Source: Macrostomum lignano
Taxonomy: Eukaryota
Length of the DNA stretch: 64,000 nucleotides
Assembly: GCA_002269645.1 (NCBI GenBank)
Contig: NIVC01002560.1
Location: 97,635-161,634, forward strand
Reading direction: 5' to 3'
Every line of letters begins with the position of its first letter. The first letter of the stretch is position 1. Below the pieces are notes generated by a model. That model saw only the letters and a program-made list of their open reading frames with translations. It made no database searches and had not been told where the DNA came from. Shown piece after piece: positions 36,640 through 48,600 of the stretch. The position numbers and the translations under genes are program-made.

Positions 36640-39600
36640 CTATTTGCCCGGGTCGCAGATGGGCCTGGCGATGAGCTCCTTCATGATCTCGTTGGCCCCG
36701 CCGTAGATTGGCTGCACTCTGGCGTCAACGTAGGCCTTGGCGATTGGGTACTCCCACATGTAGCCCCAGCCTCCGTGCAGCTGCACGCAGTCGTAGGCAA
36801 CTCGGTTCTGCATCTCCGTGCACCACAGCTTGGCCATGGAGGCGGTGAACGAGTCCAGGCGGCCCTCGTTCTGCAACTCGATGCACTGGTCAGCGAATGC
36901 GCGCGCCACGCAGATCTCCGTCTTCAGGTCGGCCAGCTTGTGCTGAATTGTCTGTCAGTGCGGAGCGGGTGGGCGGGGACTCCTGCATGCTCATTCTGCG
37001 CAGCATTTTGAGCACTTTCAACTTCTTATTCATACACTATGTTTAATAAGAACATTAATGAGCGACTCTCAGAGGCTTAGAGAGACTTTTTTGTTCCTTT
37101 TGTTTGATAAAGTAGGCAAAGGGAGGATTTAAGACAGCAGGATTTAATTGGGCACACCTTTTGCCTACTGCCAGTTGCCCATGCAGCTTGCTGCACTGTT
37201 TACGGAAGCAGATTTTGGCTGGAGAAAGGAGTCCTTTGAAATCTCAGCCTTCAGTTGCCGCTCTGAGACTGATCAAAAGCACTGATTAGAGTTGGAACTG
37301 AAATAAGCGCTTATGCGCCTTGTGCCACTCAAATTAGGATAACTCAACTGACTACTAATTGAGAGAGCTCGGAAAATAATGAAAGGCGTGGTACCCAATT
37401 AACGTCTCTTGCTGGAGAACCTAAGCTTAAAAGAAGTGTTATTGTCAGTGTTTTAAAAGCAATAGCTGGCGTTTTTATATTCTAGCGTTTCTGCTTCTTT
37501 CATTACTCCGTGGATATGTGGCTCAAGTATCATGCACACTGCAGCTCACAACTTGTATTCTGCATCTAGTGTCCAAATTCCAATGCCGTGCGACACGCTT
37601 GTGACAATCTGGGCAGTGAGTGCTTGAGTCTAATATCGTCCACTCGCACCTCATGTACACGGCCCGCTGGTCTCACTACGAGCATGTAAATGACTTGCCG
37701 GACCTTCAGCATCACCGCTTTCTATGTCGTGTGGAGGGAGACTCGCTGGGTTCAGCTGCTTCCTGGGACATGTGAGCTGCCGCAGAACAGAGATCGAGTT
37801 TTTTTTCATTTTGTCTTGGAAAACTATGACAAGTTGGAAGAAGCATTTTCTGCAGAAAACTATTTTGATTCACTTCATACCATATGCCAACCATTGCGCA
37901 CCATATGCCAATGTGCGCCAGCATTTTGGGGACGTTTTGAGCTGCTTTGATAAGCTGGACTACCTGAGTGCCAATGCAAATGCATTGTTCCGGACAACCC
38001 TGTAAATTGTTGACTTTGAGCACTGCTCTGTCTCTGACCGTGGCATGTTTGTTGGTGAGAAACCAAGTTTTTGCAAAGAAAAGTCCGCAGCCTGACACTA
38101 CGGAGATACGGTGCCTAAGATTATATACGCTTGTACACTCCATATAATTTAAAAATATCTTTCCAGTACTTGACTTGTTCTTTGGTACTGTGGTACTGTT
38201 ATTTGGATGGAAACTTTGTGGGCTCGGTTTTTTACTCCAGCGTTTTTTTTTAATTTTCCTGTCACACCAACCAGCAGCTTTAAATTGAAGCCAGTTACAT
38301 GAATCAGTAAAAACTAATTCCCTGCATGCGGTGAGACTAGCTGATGAAGGGCAGGCTCAGAACGTAATCTGCAGCCCCTCCCTGTCGATTACACCATTCT
38401 CGTAAGCCCATATTAGGAGTTCTAGCGGCCTAGATCAACGTTTTGCCTACGGTGAAAGGCCGTTTTTCAAATTAATCTTCCATAAAACATTTTCGGTGCT
38501 CCTAGCCGCCATGGATCCTGCAGTCAACAAACTAATCGCTTAGCGCACTGTACCATTTTAACCACGGTCCTTGATGGAGCACCACTCAGAGTACTAGCAC
38601 TCCTACTGTACAACTGCTACTGTATCAAGCAACACGAATATTAAACCTGCTATGACTGCAGTCAAGCAGCAGTCACTCTGGCCTCATCAGCAGACCAATT
38701 TTAAAGCTTGGTTTTATTTTAGATCACAAAGAGAGGGTTTTTCGCAAAAGCATCGCCTCTACTCTCAGTCATTTGTTAATCTTTGGAGGGCGCACAATGG
38801 GAGGCAAACGCCTGGGAGGTGGCAATCGTTTTGGCAACAGCAGCTGCTTGGCCGGCTGCTCGCCACTGTCGGCACCTGGATCGCCAGGGTCATAGCGGAT
38901 CGACTTCCGGCACCACCAGGGGGTCAGCAGCTGCTTCTGCGGCTGCGGCTGCTGCGGCGGCGGCGGTGCGGGTGGAAGCAGTGCACTGGCAGCAGAAAAG
39001 CGCGGAGAAGAACTGGTTGAATTCTCAGCCGACTTGCAGCTGCTATTGCTTGAGCAGGAATCCGAGAGCAGCGTCTTCTGCTCCTGCTCAGAGCCGCTCG
39101 AGCCGGCTACAATTAGAGGACTCTGGTGCTGCCGCATCTGCTATTTCTCTGCAGCTGTTCTTTTTTCTTGAGAATGAGAAACCCGCTGTCTCAGCAGTGA
39201 GTAAAAAACACAGCTCAAGCCCACTTGCTTTTATAAGACAGGAAAGGCGGGATTTCCCGCAAGCCAATCAGAGCTTGAGGACTCTGAGATGGCGAGTGTG
39301 CAGCTGCTTATGCATTAGCAGAGATGCGCAGAGACTGCTCGCCTAAATCGAAGTCGAGAGCTTGCAGGGGAGCAGCGAGCGCTGGCGCAACTTCTGACGA
39401 AATTCAATCCCAGGAAGAGGTTAAGAATGCTCATTTTTACTGACTCCTGAGCTCATCGGTCTTTTTAGCGTCAATCGCGCACGCATCAAACGCGAGTACG
39501 CGGCCCAAACCTACTGACTCCTGAGCTCATCGGTCTTTTTAGCGTCAATCGCGCACGCATCAAACGCGAGTACGCGGCCCAAACCTACTGACTCCTGAGC

Positions 39601-42600
39601 TCATCGGTCTTTTTAGCGTCAATCGCGCACGCATCAAACGCGAGTACGCGGCCCAAACCTACTGACTCCTGAGCTCATCGGTCTTTTTAGCGTCAATCGC
39701 GCACGCATCAAACGCGAGTACGCGGCCCAAACCTACTGACTCCTGAGCTCATCGGTCTTTTTAGCGTCAATCGCGCACGCATCAAACGCGAGTACGCGGC
39801 CCAAACCTACTGACTCCTGAGCTCATCGGTCTTTTTAGCGTCAATCGCGCACGCATCAAACGCGAGTACGCGGCCCAAACCTACTGACTCCTGAGCTCAT
39901 CGGTCTTTTTAGCGTCAATCGCGCACGCATCAAACGCGCGTACGCGGCCCAAACCTGGCCGGAAACTTTGATGCCAGTATTGATCATTCTTTCGACACCA
40001 CAGGAGGCAGCTCGCGAACAATCAAAACCGGAACCGGCTTCACCTCGCAAGCAGCTCAACGTGCCTGTTAAAAACATGAAGGTAAAAATACACGGGACAT
40101 TCTTGGGACCCTGTGATACATGTATAAAGCGCAATTAGAAACATGGCATACGCTACGAAGTTCTTTAAATACCCAAGTGCAGGAGGCTATTGCGCACTAA
40201 TTACGAGAGCCGTCAGACTGTATAATTAGACTGGTCAGTAATTGGACTCCAGACCTCGGAGTGAAGTCGCTCATTACTGCAGCTGCAGACATTCAGCTGA
40301 ACGCGCACTCAACGTGCAAATTTGTGCCGCACTAAACAATGAAGCCGCTAGCTGTCACTTAGAATTGCCCGCAAATGAAGATTAAAGAGGACTATTGCAG
40401 ACTGCCCTTGCGTCTTGTCCGATGCAAGCAACTTATGATCTGGGAGGACGGTGGCCTAGAAACGAAAGATCTGCGAAGTAGGAAGCCCAGCGCTTGAAGC
40501 CCAGGAAGCAACTGAGGATCTGGGAAGTTAAAAGGCCCAGCAACTGGGGATCTGGGAAGTTAAAAGGCCCAGCAACTGAGGATCTAGGAGGTTAAAAGGC
40601 CCAGCAACTGAGGATCTGGGAAGTTAAAAGGCCCAGCAACTGAGGATCTGGGAGGTTAAAAGGCCCAGCAACTGAGGATCTGGGAAGTTAAAAGGCCCAG
40701 CAACTGAGGATCTAGGAGGTTAAAAGGCCCAGCAACTGGGAATCTAGGAGGTTAAAAGGCCCAGCAACTGAGGATCTAGGAGGTTAAAAGGCCCAGCAAC
40801 TGAGGATCTGGGAAGTTAAAAGGCCCAGCAACTGAGGATCTAGGAGGTTAAAAGGCCCAGCAACTGAGGATCTGGGAAGTTAAAAGGCCCAGCAACTGAG
40901 GATCTGGGAGGTTAAAAGGCCCAGCAACTGAGGATCTGGGAAGTTAAAAGGCCCAGCAACTGAGGATCTGGGAAGTTAAAAGGCCCAGCAACTGAGGATC
41001 TGGGAAGTTAAAAGGCCCAGCAACTGAGGATCTAGGAGGTTAAAAGGCCCAGCAACTGGGAATCTAGGAGGTTAAAAGGCCCAGCAACTGAGGATCTAGG
41101 AGGTTAAAAGGCCCAGCAACTGAGGATCTGGGAAGTTAAAAGGCCCAGCAACTGAGGATCTAGGAGGTTAAAAGGCCCAGCAACTGAGGATCTAGGAGGT
41201 TAAAAGGCCCAGCAACTGAGGATCTAGGAGGTTAAAAGGCCCAGCAACTGAGGATCTGGGAAGTTAAAAGGCCCAGCAACTGAGGATCTGGGAAGTTAAA
41301 AGGCCCAGCAACTGAGGATCTGGGAAGTTAAAAGGCCCAGCAACTGAGGATCGCGATCTCAACCTACCACCTACCTGCAAAGCCGAGAGCGTGCGGCCGA
41401 AGGCGCGTCGTTCGCGGACGTGGCTGCGAGCCTCCTCGAACATCCACTCGGAGCTGGCCTGGCCAATGTCAGCGATAAGCATCCGCTCCCTGGGCAGCTC
41501 GCTCATGAGGTAGGCAAAGCCGCGGTTCTCCTGGCCCAGGAGGGCCAAGGCAGGCAGCCGCACGTCCTCAAAGAACAGCTCGGCGGTGTCCTGCGCCTTC
41601 AGGCCCATTTTGTCCAGCTTGCGGCCCTTGCGGAAGCCGGCGTACTCCGAGTCCACCAGGAACAGGCTGATGCCGCGGGCGGGCGTCTTGGCGCTCGGGT
41701 CGGTGACGGCCACCACAATGCAGAGGTCACAGTTCCAGCCGTTAGTGATGAAGGTCTTGCTGCCATTGAGAATGTAGTCGCCGCCGGAGGACTTCACCGC
41801 CCGCGTCTTGACGCCCTGCAGGTCGCTGCCGGCCCCGGGCTCCGTCATGGCGATGGCGCCAATGACTTCGCCGGAGGTCATGCGGGGCAGGTAGCGCTCC
41901 TTCTGCTCAGGCGAGCCGTATTTGGACAGGTATGGCATCACAATGTCCGAGTGCAGGCTGAAGCCCGGACCCGACAGGTTGGCGTAGAACCTGGCGAGTT
42001 ACAGGTAAGAGGGACTCAGCCATTAAGTCTACTAACAGTAGCCAGCGTAGAGCAAAAATTTAAGTGCACAAAGTGAGTTACAGGTAAGAGGGACTCAGCC
42101 ATTAAGTCTACTAACAGTAGCCAGCGTAGAGCAAAAATTTAAGTGCACAAAGTTAAGGGACTGACCAATTGCATGATTCCTTCGATCTTAAATACAGGTA
42201 GTTTAGGAAAAAGCATATTTAGATTCAGAAGACCGAGAGAACAAAGCATCAGCGGTCAGATCACAGTTATATATCTGACATGCAGCGATACCATGCTTCT
42301 CAATGGTAAGTGGCTAATATTATTTTTCATTTTATTAAAGAATCAAAGCATCTGTTTTAAGACACCGCAAATCATATTCAGCCAATCTTCTCGTACTTTC
42401 GTCTATAGCCAAAAAACCGTCTATGGCACAAGCAGAGCATTGAATTTGAAAGACTAAAAGTGGTTAAATTCAGACAAATCATGCGCGCCCATGCAAATGG
42501 AGCTGAAGAGTCCATTAGACGAAATCAATCGATAGGACTGGCGTTCCATGGTACAGCAAAGAACCGCAAAGTCAGTCGTGGATATCACGGTTGCCAAGGG

Positions 42601-45600
42601 TTCAGCCTGTCTGGTATGCTCACACGTTGCGCTTCCCACACCGCTGCTTGGCCTGTAAAAACATCTGATTGAGCACACGTGGTCTGACAGTTAATTCAGT
42701 TGCAGTTTGACTCGTTCGATATGTGCATCACAAAATGCTACGTAATTCACTAATTCTTAACCTACAGATATGACGGTTCACACTAAATTCCTAGGCTCCT
42801 TTTTTGTAGAGGAACGATAGTCTATGGCCAAACCTCACTAAAAACGAAGCCTGAGAACTCAAAACGAGGCCTGTTAACCGGTTAACAGGCCTAAGAACAA
42901 GGCCTGAGAACATTTTAGAACGACTATAATTTGTCAGTTAGTCCATTAGAAGTATAAAACTATCAACAGCAGTAAAGACCGATTCATTCTTGCCGATTTA
43001 CTCGAACATGATTTCTACGCTGTTGGTGTCACCGTGGACAGTCATACGCATCTTCTTGGTAGTACCCTCAGACACGACATCTTGCTCATTGGTCCGCCCA
43101 TTGGACTCCACGGCTCCTCCGGCGTGTAGAGCGTAGGTCATACGCGAATGGTCCTGGACGTCTAGCCGTATGTACCTCTCAATTGCGTTGGACGAATGTC
43201 CAGTGACGCGGGCTATATCGTCCCTAGCCAGTCCAGCCCGATGCAACCTGCTGGCACAAGTCTTCCTTAGAGACTGGTTTGAGAATTTACCATCCGTAGA
43301 CACGGGCTTGGTGATATTCGCCACAATGGAGTCGAGAGTATGCCGGCCGATAGGTCCATTCTGGTACCATCTGACGCTCTTAATGGCAGACTCACTTCGA
43401 AACCAAGTCAGAAAGAGGTTCTCGTGCTTACATTGCCCAAACCTTTCCTTTCTCGCTTTTAATTTAAGCATTGAATCTTTTACTTTAATTTTTTTTGTCT
43501 ATGGTTAAATGTGGGGGCTGCGCCCCCCACACCCTGCTTTTGACGAATACCTCACTCCCACTCCCAGTCGCTTCCAAAATCTATAGATTAAGTACGATCT
43601 TTGTCTGTTCTTTTGGTGTCTATGGCAGAGAAAGGCCGAGGAGACACCAAAAGAACAGACAAAGATTATATACATCACTTGTTTGCTTTGTCACAAAATA
43701 CACAATTTTTGTCTAATAATGGTTTTGATTCTAAAGTCTGAATTCAACTGTTTGATGGCTTTAATTCAATGCTCCCATACACTGTTTTGGCCATAGACAA
43801 TTGTCAAAGCACGGGTTGAATATGGCTGGCCGTGTCTTGAATTGAATGCTCAATCTCTTAAATAAAATTAAAAATGCTGTACCGATATCGTGAGATTCAG
43901 TAGATAAAGAATGATAGCGTCAACGCAAGCTTTACAGGGTTTACAGAATAAATACCAAATTTACAGGGTTCTTCTGATCTTTGTTCTATTATTTTAAAAG
44001 TAGCAATATCCCAGTTACTTATTGCGAGGTGTTTATCTTTACAAGATAGATATCGATCTTTTAAAAACGCTCGATCAAAACTTGGCAGACAGCAACCCGA
44101 CAAAAGAGACACTGTCGTCTTGCCTGCCGGACTACAAGGACACGCTGCAGCCAGGCAACTGGATCATGCTGACCGGCCCCTGGGTGTTCCTGACTGTGGC
44201 CGCATTCGGTCTGGGAGCCAACAGCCTGTCTATGGCGGTGTTCATCCGAGAACGCAAGCTGATCAGCAGCAACCCCCGCCTGCTAATCATCAGCCAAGCC
44301 AGCGTAGACCTTATCGGCTGCGTGCTGGCCGCCATCAAGTGGCTGACGATTTACGCGCCAATCCGCGTGCCGGCCAACTTTATTGGCACAATTGTGTGCC
44401 ACCTGTGGTTCAGCGAATACGTTATCTGGCTAACCGTTCTATGCAGTACGGTAGGTACTGCATCCTCTGAGCATGCACCACTTTTTACCCTCTGGAATAC
44501 TTGCTACTTATATCAATCACTATCTTAACTAAGTTCTTGGCAATTTTACCCTCCCAACACTGCAGTTGAACCTTCAATTCATTACCCTGGAGCGCTTTGT
44601 GGCCCTCGTGTTTCCACTGGTGACCAGAAGCGCCACCAAGCTCAAAGCCGGAATTGCTGGAATCTGGATCTACACCGCCCTGCACATGTGGCGCGTCTTC
44701 ATCGACCTGAGCCGCGGAGACGGCAGCCATAGCAACTGCTGCGTCTACAATCGCGCAATTCCAGCGTGGGTGTCGCGCTCATTCGGGCTCGTGAACTTCA
44801 GTATGCTGTACGCCTTGCCGGTGGTGAACATGAGCATCTGCTACTCCGCCATGATCATCACGCTGCGAAGGAACCGCAGCTGCATCTCGGAGGAGAGCCA
44901 GAAAAAGAAGCTGGCAGCGTCCAGCAAACTCATCAAGACTTTCCTAGTGGCTGGAGTGGCTTACGTGCTCTGCTTCACGGCTAATCAGATCAGCTACCTG
45001 CTGCACATGTTCGACGTCTTCTACTTCGACCAGAAGGGGCTGTTCTACAATGCGACACTGCTGCTGGTGAACGCGAACATGATCGTGAACCCCGTCATCT
45101 ACTTCGTGTTCATGCCGTCTTTCCGAGCTGCTCTGCTTAAACTGTGCCGAGCAGGGACCGAGGGCAAGCTCAACCAGGCCGCGACCGGCAGCACAGGTGC
45201 TCAGCAGCCGCAAGCACAGCCGCAAACAACAAGGCTTTAGCACCTCAACCAAGCGCTGATCCATGAAAATTCGTCTTCACTAATTTGCAGTAAACCATTG
45301 GCTCATTAATAAAAGATTTGCTAATTGGAACGATCGCCGTTTCGCCAAGCTTTCATAAATTTTCAGAGATTAAGATATATTTTAGGAAACAAAATTAGCT
45401 ACAGAAAGCTCCCACAAAAAGTTTCAATTTCACATTCAGTGTGGTTCTCTATAAACAGCATCCGTATGCACCAGTTTAATCCAATTTAAACACAACCGCA
45501 CACAACTGCACATGTCAAGTATAAGCAAATATATTAATAAATGTTTACTATATATTTGGTTACCTGTTGTAGCTTGAACTATTCTTTTTTCCAGCTAAGC

Positions 45601-48600
45601 GGCTAGCAGGTACGCCTAGTCTGTATTGAAAATTAGCAGTCAAACAAGCAATATATAATATTATTCAAACAAAAACCAGCTACGGTTACTAGCAGTTCCC
45701 CCTGCTGCATGCCTTCAACAATAAATTACTGCAGGCTTCGCTAGGATCCGACTGCAATCATTGCATATGTCTTAGAGAGATTCAAGCAGTCTCGCACTTT
45801 GCTTAAAATGCTGGGGATCTTCTTTCTGGGCGTCCTTGTTCTATCAAATGCCTGGTACTGAAGTACTCAATGTAGTATTAGCAAGTGCTCAAGCGGATCT
45901 AGACGGAATAATGGCAGATTGCTGACTCGATTCCCAGTGATTGATGAGTTTCTATCGGGACTCGACATTTCCTGTTGTTATAAACTCTCACTGCAAACGG
46001 TCCACTCGATTGATTCCATGCCAGAAAGTTCACGAAAACCGTGGCAAAACCCACATGGCCTAACAGGTGACTGACTTTGCGTGCCCTTAAATCCATCTCG
46101 CAACCTGGAAGAGCAACAGAGCCAGCAGCATCTCATGGCGTATGGCAGCCCACGCCCAGCTTCCTCCTTTCCAGCGATCGACTGATTGAGAACCCGGGTT
46201 GCTGTAATTGCGGTCTGACAGAGGCCTCTGCTGTGGGCAAATTCTTAATTCTTGCACGAAGGGAACCCTAACCCGGAAGCTTTTTTTCCCATTACCGTAC
46301 GAGCGTTATTGAGCGAGAATCATAGAAAGAAGAGAGAAAATACGTGAGAAGCGTAAAAATCGACTCACTGAAAACCAAAGGCATTACAGGTGAAAAATGA
46401 AAGTCTAGGGTATTACACGTGGTATTTCTAAATGCCTTGGATGTTAGAAGGATTGTATTAAAATTCGCCAGTTGCCAAATCAAATTAAAGTTATAGCTCG
46501 CTGTGATTGCTAAGTACTACCTGTCCCACCCGATCGTCTGATTAAAGGGCAGCTAATGTACCTGTGATCAGCTATGCCTTCTATAGATCACCGCTGACAA
46601 TAAAGCAGTTAGGAAACGCGCCTATTCACTGGTCCAATCGATGACCAAGTCTGATAATGGCGATGGAAATAGCAAAGTGGTACCGCTTTATTTTATGCCA
46701 GAATCAGATCCATCACGCTTTATGTCCTCTGAGAGCTGTCAATCTGGTTGCCCGTGGAAATTATAATTAATTAACCATCATTTTAGGCAACTTCGCAGCT
46801 GAAATCTACTAGAACCCCCATTTTTTTATTATTGGTGGATTTTTTAATTCTAATACCAGGCCATAGACAAACATGGTACCAATATTATTTGTCTGCAGAG
46901 TGTTGAAGCAAGTTGTCCACTGATTTTGCATAAGAACAGTTGGTATGCATACATCTGTCCACTGTTGGTATGCATACATCTGTCCACTGTTGGTATGCAT
47001 ACATCTGTCCTCTGTTGGTATGCATACATCTGTCCACTGTTGGTATGCATACATCTGTCCTCTGTTGGTATGCATACATCTGTCCTCTGTTGGTATGCAT
47101 ACATCTGTCCTCTGTTGGTATGCATACATCTGTCCTCTGTTGGTATGCATACATCTGTCCTCTGTTGGTATGCATACATCTGTCCTCTGTTGGTATGCAT
47201 ACATCTGTCCTCTGTTGGTATGCATACATCTGTCCACTGTTGGTATGCATACATCTGTCCTCTGTTGGTATGCATACATCTGTCCTCTGTTGGTATGCAT
47301 ACATCTGTCCACTGTTGGTATGCATACATCTGTCCTCTGTTGGTATGCATACATCTGTCCTCTGTTGGTATGCATACATCTGTCCACTGTTGGTATGCAT
47401 ACATCTGTCCTCTGTTGGTATGCATACATCTGTCCTCTGTTGGTATGCATACATCTGTCCACTGTTGGTATGCATACATCTGTCCACTGTTGGTATGCAT
47501 ACATCTGTCCGCTGGTTTTGCCTATGGCATTTATTGTTCGCAAAATTAACAGGATGGATGGATGTCAGAGCGAACAGGAATGGACTCCGTGGCGGCTACT
47601 TTCGTCTATGCTTTAAAGAGGAGAAACAGAGATACTCTGCATCGGTGTTTTGGTCAAAAAATGTTTCAACACAAGACCATAAACTAATCTGACCGGGAGA
47701 AGTGGTGCGGGATAAAATCAGTGTGCTGAATTCTCCTCCCTCGGAGGGCCTGCAGCCCAGTGGGAGGACTGTCAGTGACATAAGAATAGTATAAGTTGTA
47801 TAACTGAATATAGCTTTTGGCTATCTAAATGGCTGGTTGCAAACAGCACTCAATAGAAACGGCTGGTTGCAAGCAGCAGCACTCAATAGAAACGGCTGGT
47901 TGCAAGCAGCAGCACTCACTGCTCCTCAGTGACAATCATGGATGACTTGAAGTCCAGCCCGACGCCGAAGTTCTCCTCCGAAGTGCTGACGCCCAGCAGG
48001 CCCAGCTTGCCGGCCTGCAGCCAGACCTCCTTGGGCACGTGGCCCTGCTTCTCGTACCTGGCAAAAAAGCAGAGCGAATATGCGAGTTTGGGTATCTCAG
48101 AACTCCGACAAAACAGGGAGTCCCTACAGAATCTGGGCGGTGAGGTCACATGGTTTCTCTACAGCTTCAGGTCATTGAAATTTGCCTATCCATTCTTAAC
48201 CGATTTCTCAATAGATTTCACACCTGTGCATTTCATTTGTAAAATTCTTTTTTAAATAGAAAATTTCTTGTGGCCAAACGCTAATAGAATGCCTGTAGTT
48301 TCCTACCCAGATCTCTAACTCGAGTAGTCCATGGAAACAAACAGAAAGTGGAATTCGCGAGATGCCAGACCTACAAAGGTAGAATGGAGGATTAAAGGTG
48401 GGCAGCGTTGAGCTGCATGAGCGGAATAGAAACTGAATACTCCAACGGAATTGAAAAAACACTGCTAAACTAAAACAGAATGAGGCAATTTCTAATTTCA
48501 CGCAGCTAATAAACTTTTTAAACATCCTGCATGAGCACAGCGAAACTTGGTAGGAAATCTGAAATTTTGTTTATTCCAGTGCGGGTCACACAGGTACAAT

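Noticed and set aside
45808-46096. Signal-peptide-like MLGIFFLGVLVLSNA and neighbouring short ORFs
   Set aside because: Stops after 17 codons; no convincing downstream exon.
46809-47692. Six 200-250 aa repeat ORFs on both strands
   Set aside because: 25-bp unit lacking stops in all frames; not coding evidence.
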